Shown in pieces: positions 8,851-21,779 of a DNA stretch of 64,000 nt. This DNA is from Negativicutes bacterium (lineage in GTDB: Bacteria > Bacillota > Negativicutes > UBA1444): NCBI GenBank assembly GCA_963665275.2, contig CAXXIN010000007.1, positions 320,001 to 384,000 of the forward strand, read 5' to 3'. Made by a program: the position numbers and the translations under genes. How positions within the stretch are numbered: position 1 is the stretch's first letter; the number at the start of each line of letters is the position of its first letter. The notes under the pieces were generated by a model. The model did not search any database and had not been told where the DNA came from. It saw nothing but the letters and a program-made list of their open reading frames with translations.

Positions 8851-9065
8851 TCTGCATTGGCCAAGGCTTTTATGATCTCTTCACCACTTGCGGCATTCAG
8901 CCATTCGGCTGGAATTATCAATATGGGGCCCGAGTCTTCCTGCAGGACGGGTTCATTAAATTTCGAGGTATCCATCAAGATTCTGCCGCCGTCCCTATAT
9001 ATTCGTCTGATGCAGACGGCTGCAATGTTTAGAATCCGTTCAAGTTCGTCTTGCTTAATTTTCAT
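8814..9065 (-). CDS. hypothetical protein
   Basis: 83-aa ORF with GAGGAGGG RBS. Confidence 0.65.
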   Translation of the reverse strand: MKIKQDELERILNIAAVCIRRIYRDGGRILMDTSKFNEPVLQEDSGPILIIPAEWLNAASGEEIIKALANAEWDIRRKRSGRQ

Positions 9066-9273
9066 CTGGTTCCCTCCTCAGTTAGCATTGTTAATCAATC
9101 TGGAATTGCTCCACACATATGTCCAATATGTCCGGAACCGGTGGCGCGAATCTATCAATCCAGAGGGCTCCTGTAGCTGTTACAGTCCTATTAGACTCCA
9201 TTACTACGGGTCGTCTTGCCCATCGCCTAGGATGCCTATTCCTTCTCCATTTCGTCACACTTCCATAATCTGA

Positions 9274-10023
9274 TCATGTCATGTCGATTTGCTTTGCATG
9301 GGCAATGCGTTTATTCCCCATCTGTTTGGATCGCTGAGATGGTCCCGAGAAATTAATCTGAATGCAACTATTGCGAAGACGATCGATCACGCGTTCGGAA
9401 TAGGCTTTTTTCAGTTCATCAGCTGTGAGGTTGGTAGTTATAATGATCGATTTTTCTTCATGCCATCGATCAGTGATTAATCCGTCGACCTTTCCCGCCA
9501 CCCATCTTTCTAACCCTTCGCCACCAAAATCGTCCATCAACAATAACGGCACAGATCGGAGACGTTCCTGGAATCGCGCATACTCTTCACGATTAGTTTT
9601 TGCCTGAGTTCCAAAAATATCCGGCAAGCCTGGCATTGACACAAACAGCCCGCCAATTCGCAATTCAATTGCAACCCGAATAACTGCAGTCGCAATTGTC
9701 GTTTTCAACGTGCCTGGTGTGCCGGCAAGAATCAGCCCCGTCCCTGCTTGAACATTAGAAATAATTTCATCGGCATAGGTTCGCGCTTGTTCAAACTGCG
9801 GCTCACTATTGGCGTTAATACCTCGCCGCTTTATTTCGTCAAAGGTAATTGACCAGAATCGTTTTGGAATCCTCGCCACCCTTAAGCGCTCCTCGAGGTC
9901 ACGCCGAGCAGCGCTTTGTTCTTCCGCCACCATTGATGCTAATTCTTCATCTGTCAGTTGTCGCCGGTTCCTCATCAAGCGATCAAACACCGTTCGAAGC
10001 TCCGGATCGATGTCGCCTTTCAT
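9274..10023 (-). CDS. DnaC/IstB-like helicase-loader ATPase
   Basis: ARIPKRF, Walker A GTPGTLKT, Walker B LLLMDDFG, IITTNL, RVIDRL. Confidence 0.9.
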   Translation of the reverse strand: MKGDIDPELRTVFDRLMRNRRQLTDEELASMVAEEQSAARRDLEERLRVARIPKRFWSITFDEIKRRGINANSEPQFEQARTYADEIISNVQAGTGLILAGTPGTLKTTIATAVIRVAIELRIGGLFVSMPGLPDIFGTQAKTNREEYARFQERLRSVPLLLMDDFGGEGLERWVAGKVDGLITDRWHEEKSIIITTNLTADELKKAYSERVIDRLRNSCIQINFSGPSQRSKQMGNKRIAHAKQIDMT

Positions 10024-10041
10024 CTGTTCTTGCTCCTTTTT

Positions 10042-10800
10042 TCACAGCTCGTTATTTGTCCAGTCCTGTTCAGAAGGCCGATATCCTGGCTTTGCACTTC
10101 TGTTGGCATATGTCCCTTCCAATATTTTCACGGCATTTTTCATAACAAAATCGAAGTTTGCCACGAATGGCTTCTCTTGGATCCGACCACACAAAAAATC
10201 TGACGCCACCGCGGTCTTGAAAAGATCCTGAAACCAATCTATTGAGGAATGTTTCTTCCAATGTGCCTTTACCGCTCGCTGCCGTTTTGGGTCGACTTCA
10301 CGGATTGCCGGCATTGATCCACGATTTGAGTTCCAGCACTCCATGATTTCACCGAAGGGAATGACTGTTTCTTTAATTATTACATTCTTTAATTCTTGTT
10401 TAGGTACCGTCAGTGGTCCGCCATTGGTACCGGGTGCGGTCTCATTATCGGTATCATCAGCGGGCTCAACATCTTGCCCGGACGCATAATTTATAAGGGT
10501 TATGATGGTCCCGTCAGAGGTCTCATTTACTGAACACATTTCGTCATTTTTGAGCCTGAAAATGAAACGTCTGACTTTTCCACGGCTCCAGCCCCATTCT
10601 TCAGCCAAGTTGCGCGTAGATATTAGAGTTTGGCCTCTTTCAATTGTGACAAACCCTGATTTTGCCCGAATACGCCGTTGGGCATGATTCGCACGCAGCA
10701 GCAAATCAATCCAGGCTTGTCCATCAGAAAAGGGGCGTGACCAGAGCCAATGTTCGCGCAAAGTCCTATAAAGTTTGATCCAACCCTTTGAAGTATCCAT
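10042..10800 (-). CDS. phage replication initiator (replisome organizer)
   Basis: GWIKLYR...AWIDLLLRANH...LAEEWGWSRGKVRRF winged-helix N-terminus; FDFVMK...KILEGTY C-terminus; upstream of the DnaC-like gene. Confidence 0.88.
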   Translation of the reverse strand: MDTSKGWIKLYRTLREHWLWSRPFSDGQAWIDLLLRANHAQRRIRAKSGFVTIERGQTLISTRNLAEEWGWSRGKVRRFIFRLKNDEMCSVNETSDGTIITLINYASGQDVEPADDTDNETAPGTNGGPLTVPKQELKNVIIKETVIPFGEIMECWNSNRGSMPAIREVDPKRQRAVKAHWKKHSSIDWFQDLFKTAVASDFLCGRIQEKPFVANFDFVMKNAVKILEGTYANRSAKPGYRPSEQDWTNNEL

Positions 10801-10842
10801 AAATCAACCCCCGTCATAGTTACCAGGATTTCCAATCAGAGA

Positions 10843-11022
10843 CTACGCACCTCGCTGCCCTGGCTCTTCTGAAAGTTTTCTAAGGTACCATGCCGGAATC
10901 AAAATTCGATTCCCCATTCGAATAGTGGGAACCTCGCTTTCTGCCACTAATTTGTAGGCCAACGCTCGGCTGATCCCCGTTTTGTCCATAAACTCTTTGA
11001 CAGTGAAGAAGTCTTTCGTCAT
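10843..11022 (-). CDS. AlpA/excisionase-like HTH protein (59 aa, missing from the ORF track)
   Basis: MTKDFFTVKEFMDKTGISRALAYKLVAESEVPTIRMGNRILIPAWYLRKLSEEPGQRGA with AGGAGGTG RBS. Confidence 0.85.
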   Translation of the reverse strand: MTKDFFTVKEFMDKTGISRALAYKLVAESEVPTIRMGNRILIPAWYLRKLSEEPGQRGA

Positions 11023-11048
11023 TATGTTTTCACCTCCTATATTTTTAC

Positions 11049-11080
11049 AATAAAAAAGCCCTGGACATTTGTCCAGAGCG
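11049..11080 (-). terminator. terminator
   Basis: Minus strand GCTCTGGACA-AA-TGTCCAGGGC-TTTTTT. Confidence 0.65.
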
Positions 11081-11105
11081 TTAGTAGAGCATGAAAGAAA
11101 ATGAA

Positions 11106-11693
11106 TTAGCGTCTAATTTGTTCTATCGTTGCAAAGTTTATTTTTTTCAGCACATCATAGGAATCTCGTGTTCTTTTACAAAGCCATAATTCATCAGTAT
11201 CATCAACATATTCGGCATCAGGATCCCGTGTTTTGGGGTGCCTGCCAAGGAATACCATGAAATAATCACCGTTGGCAGTAAGCGAAACAAGTCTTTCATC
11301 ATTCGGCACAACATCGTCTCCAAAAAACTCAAAAAAAGTCGCCATCCATTGAACCTTTTCACCTATAGAATGAAAAAGGTAAGCCTGGCAAAAAGCTTCA
11401 GACCATATGTTTGAAGGAGACCAAATGAATGAATTTAGCGGCTTACTTATCGATTGCGCCAATGATCGTTTAACCCATTCTGTGCTCGCTTGAATCTCGT
11501 GAAGCATGAACCAAACTGCGTACGCCTCATATAGTGCACGCTCAGGATAGTCCGAAACTCTTCCCTCCTTTCGCCCTCGGCTTGTAGTTGTTGGTTTGGC
11601 CACAAGCCCTTTTAACACGTAACGATCTAATGTTGAATAGGCAACCTTTGCTCCTAATTGTTTCAACCCGTCAAGAAGTTCGTTCTTTGTCAC
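11106..11693 (-). CDS. putative regulator with an N-terminal MerR-like wHTH
   Basis: TKNELL...STLDRYVLKGLVAKP...GRVSDYP; GTG start behind AAGGA. Confidence 0.55.
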   Translation of the reverse strand: MTKNELLDGLKQLGAKVAYSTLDRYVLKGLVAKPTTTSRGRKEGRVSDYPERALYEAYAVWFMLHEIQASTEWVKRSLAQSISKPLNSFIWSPSNIWSEAFCQAYLFHSIGEKVQWMATFFEFFGDDVVPNDERLVSLTANGDYFMVFLGRHPKTRDPDAEYVDDTDELWLCKRTRDSYDVLKKINFATIEQIRR

Positions 11694-11937
11694 GCCGCGC
11701 ACATCCTTTATTAGAAAGTTAGGGAATAATGCGCCAGGAAGATCCCTGCCTTTTTTGCAATAGCCTGGGCGCAGCATGTTTGCCCACTCGATCTGTCCTT
11801 TATATGCTCGCTTTGCATCAGCGTTCGTTATAGCTCCAACATAAAAACCCCCAGTATAATTTTTATAATCCTCACTATGTAATGATTATAAATCATCTTT
11901 CCCGATATATCAAGTTATCCACCGTATTTTTTTGTTT

Positions 11938-11960
11938 ATGTCCCATAAAGTGTCCCATGG
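11938..11960 (+). promoter_or_regulatory. putative integrase arm-type sites
   Basis: ATGTCCCATAAAGTGTCCCATGG, the partner of 204-226. Confidence 0.7.
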
Positions 11961-11995
11961 AAAAAAATAGGCTCCCCATCCGAAGATGAGAAGCC
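11961..11995 (-). terminator. tRNA operon terminator supplied by the element
   Basis: Minus strand GGCTTCTCATC-TTCG-GATGGGGAGCC-TATTTTTTT. Confidence 0.8.
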
Positions 11996-12005
11996 GTGTT
12001 TTACG

Positions 12006-12081
<76 letters not shown>

Positions 12082-12086
12082 GGAAT

Positions 12087-12161
12087 TGGTGACCCGTGGG
12101 GGAATCGAACCCCCGATACCGCCGTGAAAGGGCGGTGTCTTAACCGCTTGACCAACGGGCC
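12087..12161 (-). tRNA. tRNA-Glu(TTC)
   Basis: GGCCCGTTGGTCAAGCGGTTAAGACACCGCCCTTTCACGGCGGTATCGGGGGTTCGATTCCCCCACGGGTCACCA. Confidence 0.97.
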
Positions 12162-12176
12162 CTGAATTGCTTTTTT

Positions 12177-12205
12177 ATTATAAAGGACCTTAGCAGAAAA
12201 ATCAA
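12177..12205 (-). promoter_or_regulatory. sigma70 promoter of the tRNA pair
   Basis: TTGATT-17 bp-TATAAT. Confidence 0.7.
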
Positions 12206-12322
12206 TGCCATATCGGCAAAACAACAAAATAAGTTTTTTTGAACCAACATGATATAATTATAATAATGGAAATAACCTTCGCAGTCATCAGTTTGGCATT
12301 AGTTATGGAAAGGAAGATGATC

Positions 12323-13435
12323 ATGGATATACGTACGCTTACCTTGGCTCAGAACTTGATTCGTTATTCCACCAACCTTCAACCCGGCGAGAAAATATTG
12401 ATTGAGATGTTCGACGACGCGCACCCCCTGGCTCAGGCGCTGGTGGACGAAGCATACCGCGCAGGCGGCGTTCCCTTTCTGTCGCTCAAGAACAACCAAC
12501 TGCAACGCAAACTATTATTGTGCGCATCCAAGGAACAAATGCAATCGATCGCCAGCTGGGAGTCGGCAAGAATGCGAGAAATGCAGGCATACCTTGGAAT
12601 TCGCGCCAGTCATAATATCAGCGAGCTCTCCGATGTTCCGCCGGAAAAGCTCAAACTTTATCAACAATATTGGTCCCAGCCCGTCCACTCAGAAATCCGA
12701 GTCAAAAATACCAAATGGTGCGTCCTTCGCTGGCCCAACCCCGCCATGGCTCAACTGGCCGGTATGAGCAGTGAAGCGTTTGAAGATTTTTATTATAATG
12801 TTTGCAACTTAGACTATGCCAAAATGGACAATGCCATGACCCCTTTGGTCCAACTCATGGAAAAAACCGACCGGGTTCGCATCATCGGACCGGATACCGA
12901 CCTCAACTTCTCCATCAAAGGCATCCCCGTGATTAAATGCTCCGGCCTCCGCAACATCCCGGACGGAGAAGTATATACCGCGCCAGTCCGCAACTCTGTG
13001 AATGGAACACTGACCTATAACACCCCTTCCATCTATCAGGGGACAACTTATGAGAATATACGCCTCACGTTTGAAAACGGACATATAACCAATTCCACCG
13101 CCAACCTGACTGATCGAATCACCGAAGTATTCAACACAGACGAGGGCGCGCGTTTTATCGGCGAATTTGCTCTCGGCGTCAATCCATTTATCACCACGCC
13201 AATGAAAGACACCCTGTTCGATGAGAAAATCCAGGGAAGTTTTCATTTCACGCCGGGTAATGCTTACGACGAAGCGGACAATGGAAATCGGTCGGCAATA
13301 CATTGGGATTTGGTTTGCATCCAGACTCCCGAATGGGGCGGCGGCGAAATCTGGTTTGATGACCAGTTGATCCGCAAAGATGGCCGTTTCGTAATGCCCG
13401 AATTGTTCGTTCTGAATCCAGAGAACCTCAAATAG
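12323..13435 (+). CDS. aminopeptidase, M29 (AmpS/PepS) family
   Basis: NIPDGEVYTAP, IGEFALG, LFDEKI, HFTPG, SAIHWD metal-ligand motifs. Confidence 0.92.
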   Translation: MDIRTLTLAQNLIRYSTNLQPGEKILIEMFDDAHPLAQALVDEAYRAGGVPFLSLKNNQLQRKLLLCASKEQMQSIASWESARMREMQAYLGIRASHNISELSDVPPEKLKLYQQYWSQPVHSEIRVKNTKWCVLRWPNPAMAQLAGMSSEAFEDFYYNVCNLDYAKMDNAMTPLVQLMEKTDRVRIIGPDTDLNFSIKGIPVIKCSGLRNIPDGEVYTAPVRNSVNGTLTYNTPSIYQGTTYENIRLTFENGHITNSTANLTDRITEVFNTDEGARFIGEFALGVNPFITTPMKDTLFDEKIQGSFHFTPGNAYDEADNGNRSAIHWDLVCIQTPEWGGGEIWFDDQLIRKDGRFVMPELFVLNPENLK

Positions 13436-13510
13436 TTATGAAAAAGGGGCGTCGTTACGACAGCCCCTTTCATTTTCTGATACTTACTGAAACTTAAGTT
13501 ATCCAGCTCA

Positions 13511-14344
13511 TCAGTCAATCAGTTTGCGGACAAAATTGGGCAAGGCAAAACAGCTTCGGTGCAAATCCTGATTATAATAACGGGTAGTAAACGGCAATTG
13601 CGCCGGTAGTGTCGCCGTCGTCGGATCATACTTCTTTGATCCCAGAGTGAAGCTGTGCAGCCCGCCCGGATAGAGGGGAATATTCGCCAGATACATCTTC
13701 GTCACCGGAAAAAAGTCGGCGATATCCTTATGAATCCGAGAAATCAGGGGCTGGTGATAAAACGGTGACTCGGTCTGTTGAACGAACAGTCCATCCGGTT
13801 TCAGTGCGCGGTGCACATCGTTAAAGAAGTCCCTGCTGAACAATCCCACACCGGGGCCGATTGGATCGGAGCAATCAACGATGATCACATCGTAAAAATT
13901 CTCAGCGGCCTTCATATAGGCGATTCCATCCCCAATTTCAAGCTTGAGTTTAGGATGGTTTTCAATCATGGCTGCGCTGATCTCCGGCAGATATTTCTTG
14001 CTGATATCCACCACCATACCATCAATTTCGACCATTTCAACAGTCTCAACCGCCTGATGTCGAACGATTTCACGGACGGCTCCGCCATCGCCCCCGCCGA
14101 TCACCAATACCTTTTGAGGATGGGGATGGGTGAAGAGCGGCACATGCGCGATCATCTCATGGTAGATGTACTCTTCAAAAATCGATGTTTGGAAAACCCC
14201 GTCCAGCACCAACATGCGGCCAAATTCGTAAGAATCGACTACTGAAACAGTTTGAAAGTCGGATTGACCCGAAAACAAGGTTTCTTTGATTCTACAGGTC
14301 ATCCCCAGGTTTTCCGTTTGCTTCTCAGTTAACCACAGTTCCAT
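13511..14344 (-). CDS. speE: spermidine synthase
   Basis: YHEMIAHVP, VLVIGGGDGG, DVIIVDCSDPIGP. Confidence 0.95.
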   Translation of the reverse strand: MELWLTEKQTENLGMTCRIKETLFSGQSDFQTVSVVDSYEFGRMLVLDGVFQTSIFEEYIYHEMIAHVPLFTHPHPQKVLVIGGGDGGAVREIVRHQAVETVEMVEIDGMVVDISKKYLPEISAAMIENHPKLKLEIGDGIAYMKAAENFYDVIIVDCSDPIGPGVGLFSRDFFNDVHRALKPDGLFVQQTESPFYHQPLISRIHKDIADFFPVTKMYLANIPLYPGGLHSFTLGSKKYDPTTATLPAQLPFTTRYYNQDLHRSCFALPNFVRKLID

Positions 14345-14346
14345 AG

Positions 14347-14997
14347 TTAGCCTCCTGCTTTGGCTCCGCATTCAGGACAAAATTTGGCGCCAGTCGCCAT
14401 TTTTCCACCACATTGGGAGCAAAAAGCCATTTGTTTTATTTTCGCGCCGCATTCAGGACAAAATTTGGCATTACTGACCAACGGCGCCTCGCATTGTGGA
14501 CAACTTGCCCGAATCCCTTCTCGCCAGTCCTCTTCAGCCAAGTGCTTGTCTTCTTCAGCCATTTGAGCATGAGCCCAAACTTCCTCCACAGATTTGCTCG
14601 CCTGGGCCGCAGCCATTTCCACACCCAAATCCGGCGCGCATTCTTTGCACAAGCCTTTTTTGGTGTTCCAACAACTTTTACGGCACACCCATGCCGAACA
14701 CCGAGGGCACTGAATGAAATCGGGGCGTAATTCTTCTATAGCCCCAATGAAAGCTTCGTCATGAGCCTTCTCCCATCCGGCAGAGCGAACTCGTTCACTG
14801 ACATTTGCAGCCTGTCCGAACAGTCCGCCAAACAGGCTTCCTGCCGTTTCCAGTGCATCTGTCACCAGACCTGTTGCCGAAGATTGAAACCTCGTCCGAT
14901 ATCCGGTACCGCATCGATCACAACAGAATTCAAACTGAAACCCTTTACTGGTACTATGATCATTGTAATTCCTGGTAAATTGGAAATGGTCGCTCAC
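14347..14997 (-). CDS. multi zinc-ribbon protein
   Basis: Eight Cys pairs, including a C-terminal double zinc ribbon (AKFCPECGAK twice). Confidence 0.85.
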   Translation of the reverse strand: MSDHFQFTRNYNDHSTSKGFQFEFCCDRCGTGYRTRFQSSATGLVTDALETAGSLFGGLFGQAANVSERVRSAGWEKAHDEAFIGAIEELRPDFIQCPRCSAWVCRKSCWNTKKGLCKECAPDLGVEMAAAQASKSVEEVWAHAQMAEEDKHLAEEDWREGIRASCPQCEAPLVSNAKFCPECGAKIKQMAFCSQCGGKMATGAKFCPECGAKAGG

Positions 14998-15206
14998 CCG
15001 ATGCAGCTCCTTTCATCTTTCAAGTTCACTTTTTATCTTCGTCGCATTCCCTGCAGAATCCTGCTGAAAAATCCACTATTGCAGAATCACTACCGGGGGC
15101 AAGCGATTGTTAATTTTTCGTTATAATTGTCCCAGATCTATCCACCTTTGTCCAATTGCTATAGGATGATGCAGGAATCAAGAGGAAAATGGTGAATAGA
15201 AAACTA

Positions 15207-15220
15207 TGAAAACAGTTTCA
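15207..15220. promoter_or_regulatory. cre/LacI-type operator upstream of gap
   Basis: Near-palindrome TGAAAACAGTTTCA just downstream of an AGGA...GAAT promoter-like motif. Confidence 0.4.
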
Positions 15221-15305
15221 TTTTTCCCAAAACAGGAGGAACCCAGACAACTTCGTCGAATCCTATACCTCTGTAGACAATTTGTCAGACAAGAATAAAA
15301 ATTGA

Positions 15306-16328
<1,023 letters not shown>

Positions 16329-16364
16329 AAAAACTATACTGGTTCTATAGAGGAGGAATTGACC

Positions 16365-17550
16365 GTGAACAAAAAAAACGGTCCGCGATGTCGATTTTAA
16401 GGGCAAACGCGTTTTTGTGCGCGTCGATTACAATGTGCCGATGGACAAGGCGGGAAAAATCACGGATGATACCCGGATGCGCGCCACCCTGCCGACCTTG
16501 AACTACTTGCTCGATCAAGGGACTTCACTTGTACTGGCAGCCCATCTCGGTCGCCCAAAGGGCGGTCCGTCGCCGGAACTTTCGCTTGCGCCGGTGGCTG
16601 CCAGTCTTACTTTGCTGCTGGGCCGCAAAGTAAAATTCGCCGCCGACTGTGTCGGGCCTTTAGCAGAGACTGCTGCTGCCGCACTGCAGCCAGGGGAAGT
16701 ATTGATGCTCGAAAACCTCCGCTTCCATCCGGAAGAAGAGAAGAACGATCCTGTGTTTGCCAAAGGACTGGCCGCCCTGGCCGATGTCGCGGTCAACGAT
16801 GCCTTCGGGGTCTCTCATCGGGCGCATGCTTCGGTGGAAGGCATCACGAAATTCTTACCGATGGTCGCCGGCTTCCTGATGGAAAAAGAGCTCGATTTCC
16901 TCGGCCGCGCCGTTACCAACCCCGAACGCCCCTATGCCGCGATTATCGGCGGCGCAAAAGTATCGGATAAAATCGGTGTAATCGCCAATCTGCTGACCAA
17001 AGTCGATGTCCTCCTGATCGGCGGCGGTATGGCCAATACCTTCTTTGCGGCCCAAGGATATGACGTCGGCAAATCCTTGATAGAACCCGATAAAATTGCT
17101 CTGGCGAAAGAACTGATCACGCAAGCGAAGGAGCTCGGTGTCAAGCTCCTGCTGCCAACCGATGTTGTCGTAGCCGACAAGTTTGCTGCCGATGCCGCCT
17201 GCCGCGTGACTTCAGTCGATACGATCGGCCCGGAAGAAATGGCATTGGATATCGGTCCCGCTACCAGCGTTGCGTTCCGCACTGCACTAGACGGAGCCAA
17301 AACAATTGTCTGGAACGGACCGATGGGCGTGTTTGAAATGGATGCATTCGCCAAAGGCACCGAAGCCGTTGCTCTGGCAGTAGCCAACTCCGATGCCGTC
17401 AGCATCGTGGGCGGTGGCGATTCGGTCGCCGCACTGGAAAAGATCGGACTAGCGGGTTCTATTACCCATATTTCCACAGGCGGCGGCGCTTCGCTGGAAT
17501 TCCTGGAAGGGAAAATACTGCCAGGCGTAGCTGCACTCTCAGACAAATAA
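16365..17550 (+). CDS. pgk: phosphoglycerate kinase (apparent +1 indel in A8 at 16371-16378)
   Basis: GTG behind GAGGAGG. Removing one A gives [30 protein letters not shown] and [13 protein letters not shown] motifs present. Confidence 0.96.
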
Positions 17551-17559
17551 GAACAGGAA

Positions 17560-18339
17560 GTGACGAAACCCTTGAGTAATAAAAGAATTCCGGTCATAGC
17601 CGGTAATTGGAAAATGTACAAAACCATTCCCGAAGCCATCGCTTTGGTTCAAGAACTCTCCGGAGCTGTCGCAGGCGCCATCGATCGCGAAATCGTTATC
17701 TGCCCTCCTTTCACCGCTTTGGCTGCTGTCAAACCTGCACTTGCAGGTACGAATATCAAGCTGGGCGCGCAAAATCTAAACTGGGATCCCCAAGGGGCCT
17801 TTACTGGTGAAATTTCCGCTCCCATGCTGAAGGATGTCGGCTGTGACTATGTTATTATCGGCCACTCTGAAAGGCGCCAGTATTTTGCTGAAACAGATGA
17901 AAACGTCAACCGCAAGTTAAAGGCCGCCCTGGCCGCCGACCTGATCCCTATCGTCTGCGTTGGCGAGTCACTCTCCGAACGCGAAGCAGGCATCACCTCC
18001 AGCGTGGTCAGCCGCCAGGTGAAACTCGGGCTGGCCGGGCTGTCGCCTGACGAAGCCAAAACCATTATCATCGCTTACGAACCCATCTGGGCAATCGGAA
18101 CCGGGCGGACCGCCACGGCTGAAGATGCCAATGCGATGTGCGCTTTTATCCGCCTGACGGTGACCGGCATGTTCGGAACCCCGGTTGCGGACGCCATGCG
18201 CATCCAATATGGCGGCAGCGTGAAACCGGATAACGTTGACGAATTAATGTCAACGTCCGACATCGACGGCGCACTGGTTGGCGGAGCCAGCCTCAAAGCT
18301 GCAGACTTCGCCCGCATCGTCAACTTCACTGCGAAGTAA
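17560..18339 (+). CDS. tpiA: triosephosphate isomerase
   Basis: [24 protein letters not shown]. Confidence 0.98.
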   Translation: MTKPLSNKRIPVIAGNWKMYKTIPEAIALVQELSGAVAGAIDREIVICPPFTALAAVKPALAGTNIKLGAQNLNWDPQGAFTGEISAPMLKDVGCDYVIIGHSERRQYFAETDENVNRKLKAALAADLIPIVCVGESLSEREAGITSSVVSRQVKLGLAGLSPDEAKTIIIAYEPIWAIGTGRTATAEDANAMCAFIRLTVTGMFGTPVADAMRIQYGGSVKPDNVDELMSTSDIDGALVGGASLKAADFARIVNFTAK

Positions 18340-18365
18340 CTCACAATCAAGAGGAGAATGAAATT

Positions 18366-19907
18366 TTGTCGCGTTTGAAATCGCCGATTTTGCTTGCGAT
18401 TTTAGATGGATGGGGCATCGGTCGTTCTGATGACCCATCCAATGCTATTGTCCAGGCAGGCACCCCGCAAATTTCCCGCCTGATGGCCGAGTATCCCTCC
18501 ACCGCACTCGAGTGTTCCGGCGAAGCCGTCGGTCTGCCGGAAGGGCAGATGGGGAACTCTGAAGTTGGACACCTGAATATGGGATCAGGACGCATCGTGT
18601 ATCAAGAACTGACACGCATCTCCAAAGCAATCCGGGATGGCGACTTCTTCACCAATCCAGTCTTGCTGGATGTCATGCAAAAGGTGAAGAGTTCTGGTCG
18701 CGCCTTGCATTTGATGGGCCTGCTGTCTGATGGCGGAGTCCACAGCCACCTTGATCATGTCGTGGCCTTATTGGAGCTTGCCCATCGTCAAGGACTCAAG
18801 TGCGTCTATGTGCACGCGTTTCTGGATGGCCGTGATACCGCACCGTCTTCCGCCAACACTTTCGTCGATACGCTGGAAATGAAGATGCAGGAGATAGGGA
18901 CCGGACGCATTGCAAGCATCATCGGGCGTTATTACGCCATGGACCGTGATAAACGCTGGGAACGCACCCAGAGCGCCTACGAAACGTTGGTCTGCCGCAG
19001 TGGGTTCCACTCACCGACAGCCCACCAGGCCGTAGAAGACGCATATGCCAGAGGCGAAACCGATGAGTTTGTAAAACCGACCGTTATATCGACTTGTCCC
19101 GACTGTGGCATTCAGGCTGAAGACGGGATCATCTTTTTCAATTTCCGCCCCGACCGGGCTCGTCAACTCACTCGGGCGTTTATTTTTGAGGATTTTAACG
19201 ACTTCCCTCGCTGCAACGGATATTTCCCTGTTCATTACGCTTCGCTGACGCAATATGATGAAAAATTCCCGGCGCCGGTTGCCTTTCCTCCCCAATATCT
19301 CAAGGACACCTTGGGAGAAATATTCAGCCGCAATTCACTGACTCAGTTGCGAATAGCCGAAACGGAAAAGTATGCCCACGTCACTTACTTTTTCAACGGC
19401 GGGGAAGAAACACCCGTAGCAGGCGAAGACCGTCAGTTGATCCCCTCACCCAAAGTCGCCACCTATGACTTGCAGCCTGAAATGAGCGCTCCGGAACTGA
19501 CGGAAGCGATCTTGGCTGCGATCCATTCCCGCAAGTACGACTTAATCGTCTGCAACTACGCCAATGGCGACATGGTCGGTCATACAGGTATCATGCCCGC
19601 CGTTCTGAAAGCTGTCAAAACCGTAGACACCTGCGTGGGAGGTCTGGCTGATGCTATTTTGGAGACAGGCGGCTCCATGCTCATCACTGCCGATCACGGC
19701 AACGCCGATATGATGCTTGATCCTATAACCGGCGAACCGTTTACGCAGCACACAACCAACGAGGTTCCGCTGACATTGGTTTCCAACTCCTATAAAAACA
19801 GCCGGTTAAACCATGGAATTCTGGCTGACATCGCCCCGACCATCCTTGATCTGGCCGGGCTGCCGCAACCAAAATCCATGACTGGTCACAGCTTAATTCA
19901 AAAATAA
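18366..19907 (+). CDS. gpmI: 2,3-BPG-independent phosphoglycerate mutase
   Basis: [27 protein letters not shown]. Confidence 0.98.
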   Translation: MSRLKSPILLAILDGWGIGRSDDPSNAIVQAGTPQISRLMAEYPSTALECSGEAVGLPEGQMGNSEVGHLNMGSGRIVYQELTRISKAIRDGDFFTNPVLLDVMQKVKSSGRALHLMGLLSDGGVHSHLDHVVALLELAHRQGLKCVYVHAFLDGRDTAPSSANTFVDTLEMKMQEIGTGRIASIIGRYYAMDRDKRWERTQSAYETLVCRSGFHSPTAHQAVEDAYARGETDEFVKPTVISTCPDCGIQAEDGIIFFNFRPDRARQLTRAFIFEDFNDFPRCNGYFPVHYASLTQYDEKFPAPVAFPPQYLKDTLGEIFSRNSLTQLRIAETEKYAHVTYFFNGGEETPVAGEDRQLIPSPKVATYDLQPEMSAPELTEAILAAIHSRKYDLIVCNYANGDMVGHTGIMPAVLKAVKTVDTCVGGLADAILETGGSMLITADHGNADMMLDPITGEPFTQHTTNEVPLTLVSNSYKNSRLNHGILADIAPTILDLAGLPQPKSMTGHSLIQK

Positions 19908-21212
<1,305 letters not shown>

Positions 21213-21377
21213 TAATCACCGATCTCAGCAGCACCTCGAGACGAGGCCGGGTTTGACGCCCGGTCTCTTTTTATTTGGTATTGCAGGCAAACCTGAAATA
21301 TTTGTCACAAAATTGATTGTCAATGCGAAACCCCTTGTGATAAAATGTACAAGTAAAGTTAGGGGGGTGCCGAAATT

Positions 21378-21608
21378 TTGATTACAGCATTGATGATCCT
21401 GGAAGCGGTCATCTCGATTGCGTTGATCGCCTCGGTCGTTCTCCAGTCCGGCAAGAGCGCCGGTCTGTCTGGATCGATCGCCGGCGGAGCCGAAACGCTT
21501 TTCGGGGGAAAGAAAAAAGGAATGGATGAACTGTTGGCCAAGGGTACGATGATACTGGGCATAATGTTCGGCGTAGTGACATTGGCCCTGGTCCGCTTGA
21601 TGCAGTAG
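21378..21608 (+). CDS. secG: preprotein translocase subunit SecG
   Basis: VVLQSGKSAGLSGSIAGGAE, two TM helices, follows eno. Confidence 0.95.
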   Translation: MITALMILEAVISIALIASVVLQSGKSAGLSGSIAGGAETLFGGKKKGMDELLAKGTMILGIMFGVVTLALVRLMQ

Positions 21609-21779
21609 GCAGTTTAGTTCCATAAGTGGTGGTGCATTCGTGCCGCCACTTTTTTGCGGAAACATAAGGATACATATTTCCACCAAATCGCAGTATGGCA
21701 TATTCTATATACTTCATTTAAACCGCAAAATTAGCCAGAATTTATTAAATATTCAGCCAATAAAAAGGGGGAAATTATT

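Noticed and set aside
14366-14469. 23-bp direct repeat CCGCATTCAGGACAAAATTTGGC
   Set aside because: Explained by the duplicated AKFCPECG zinc ribbon; it is not a CRISPR repeat.
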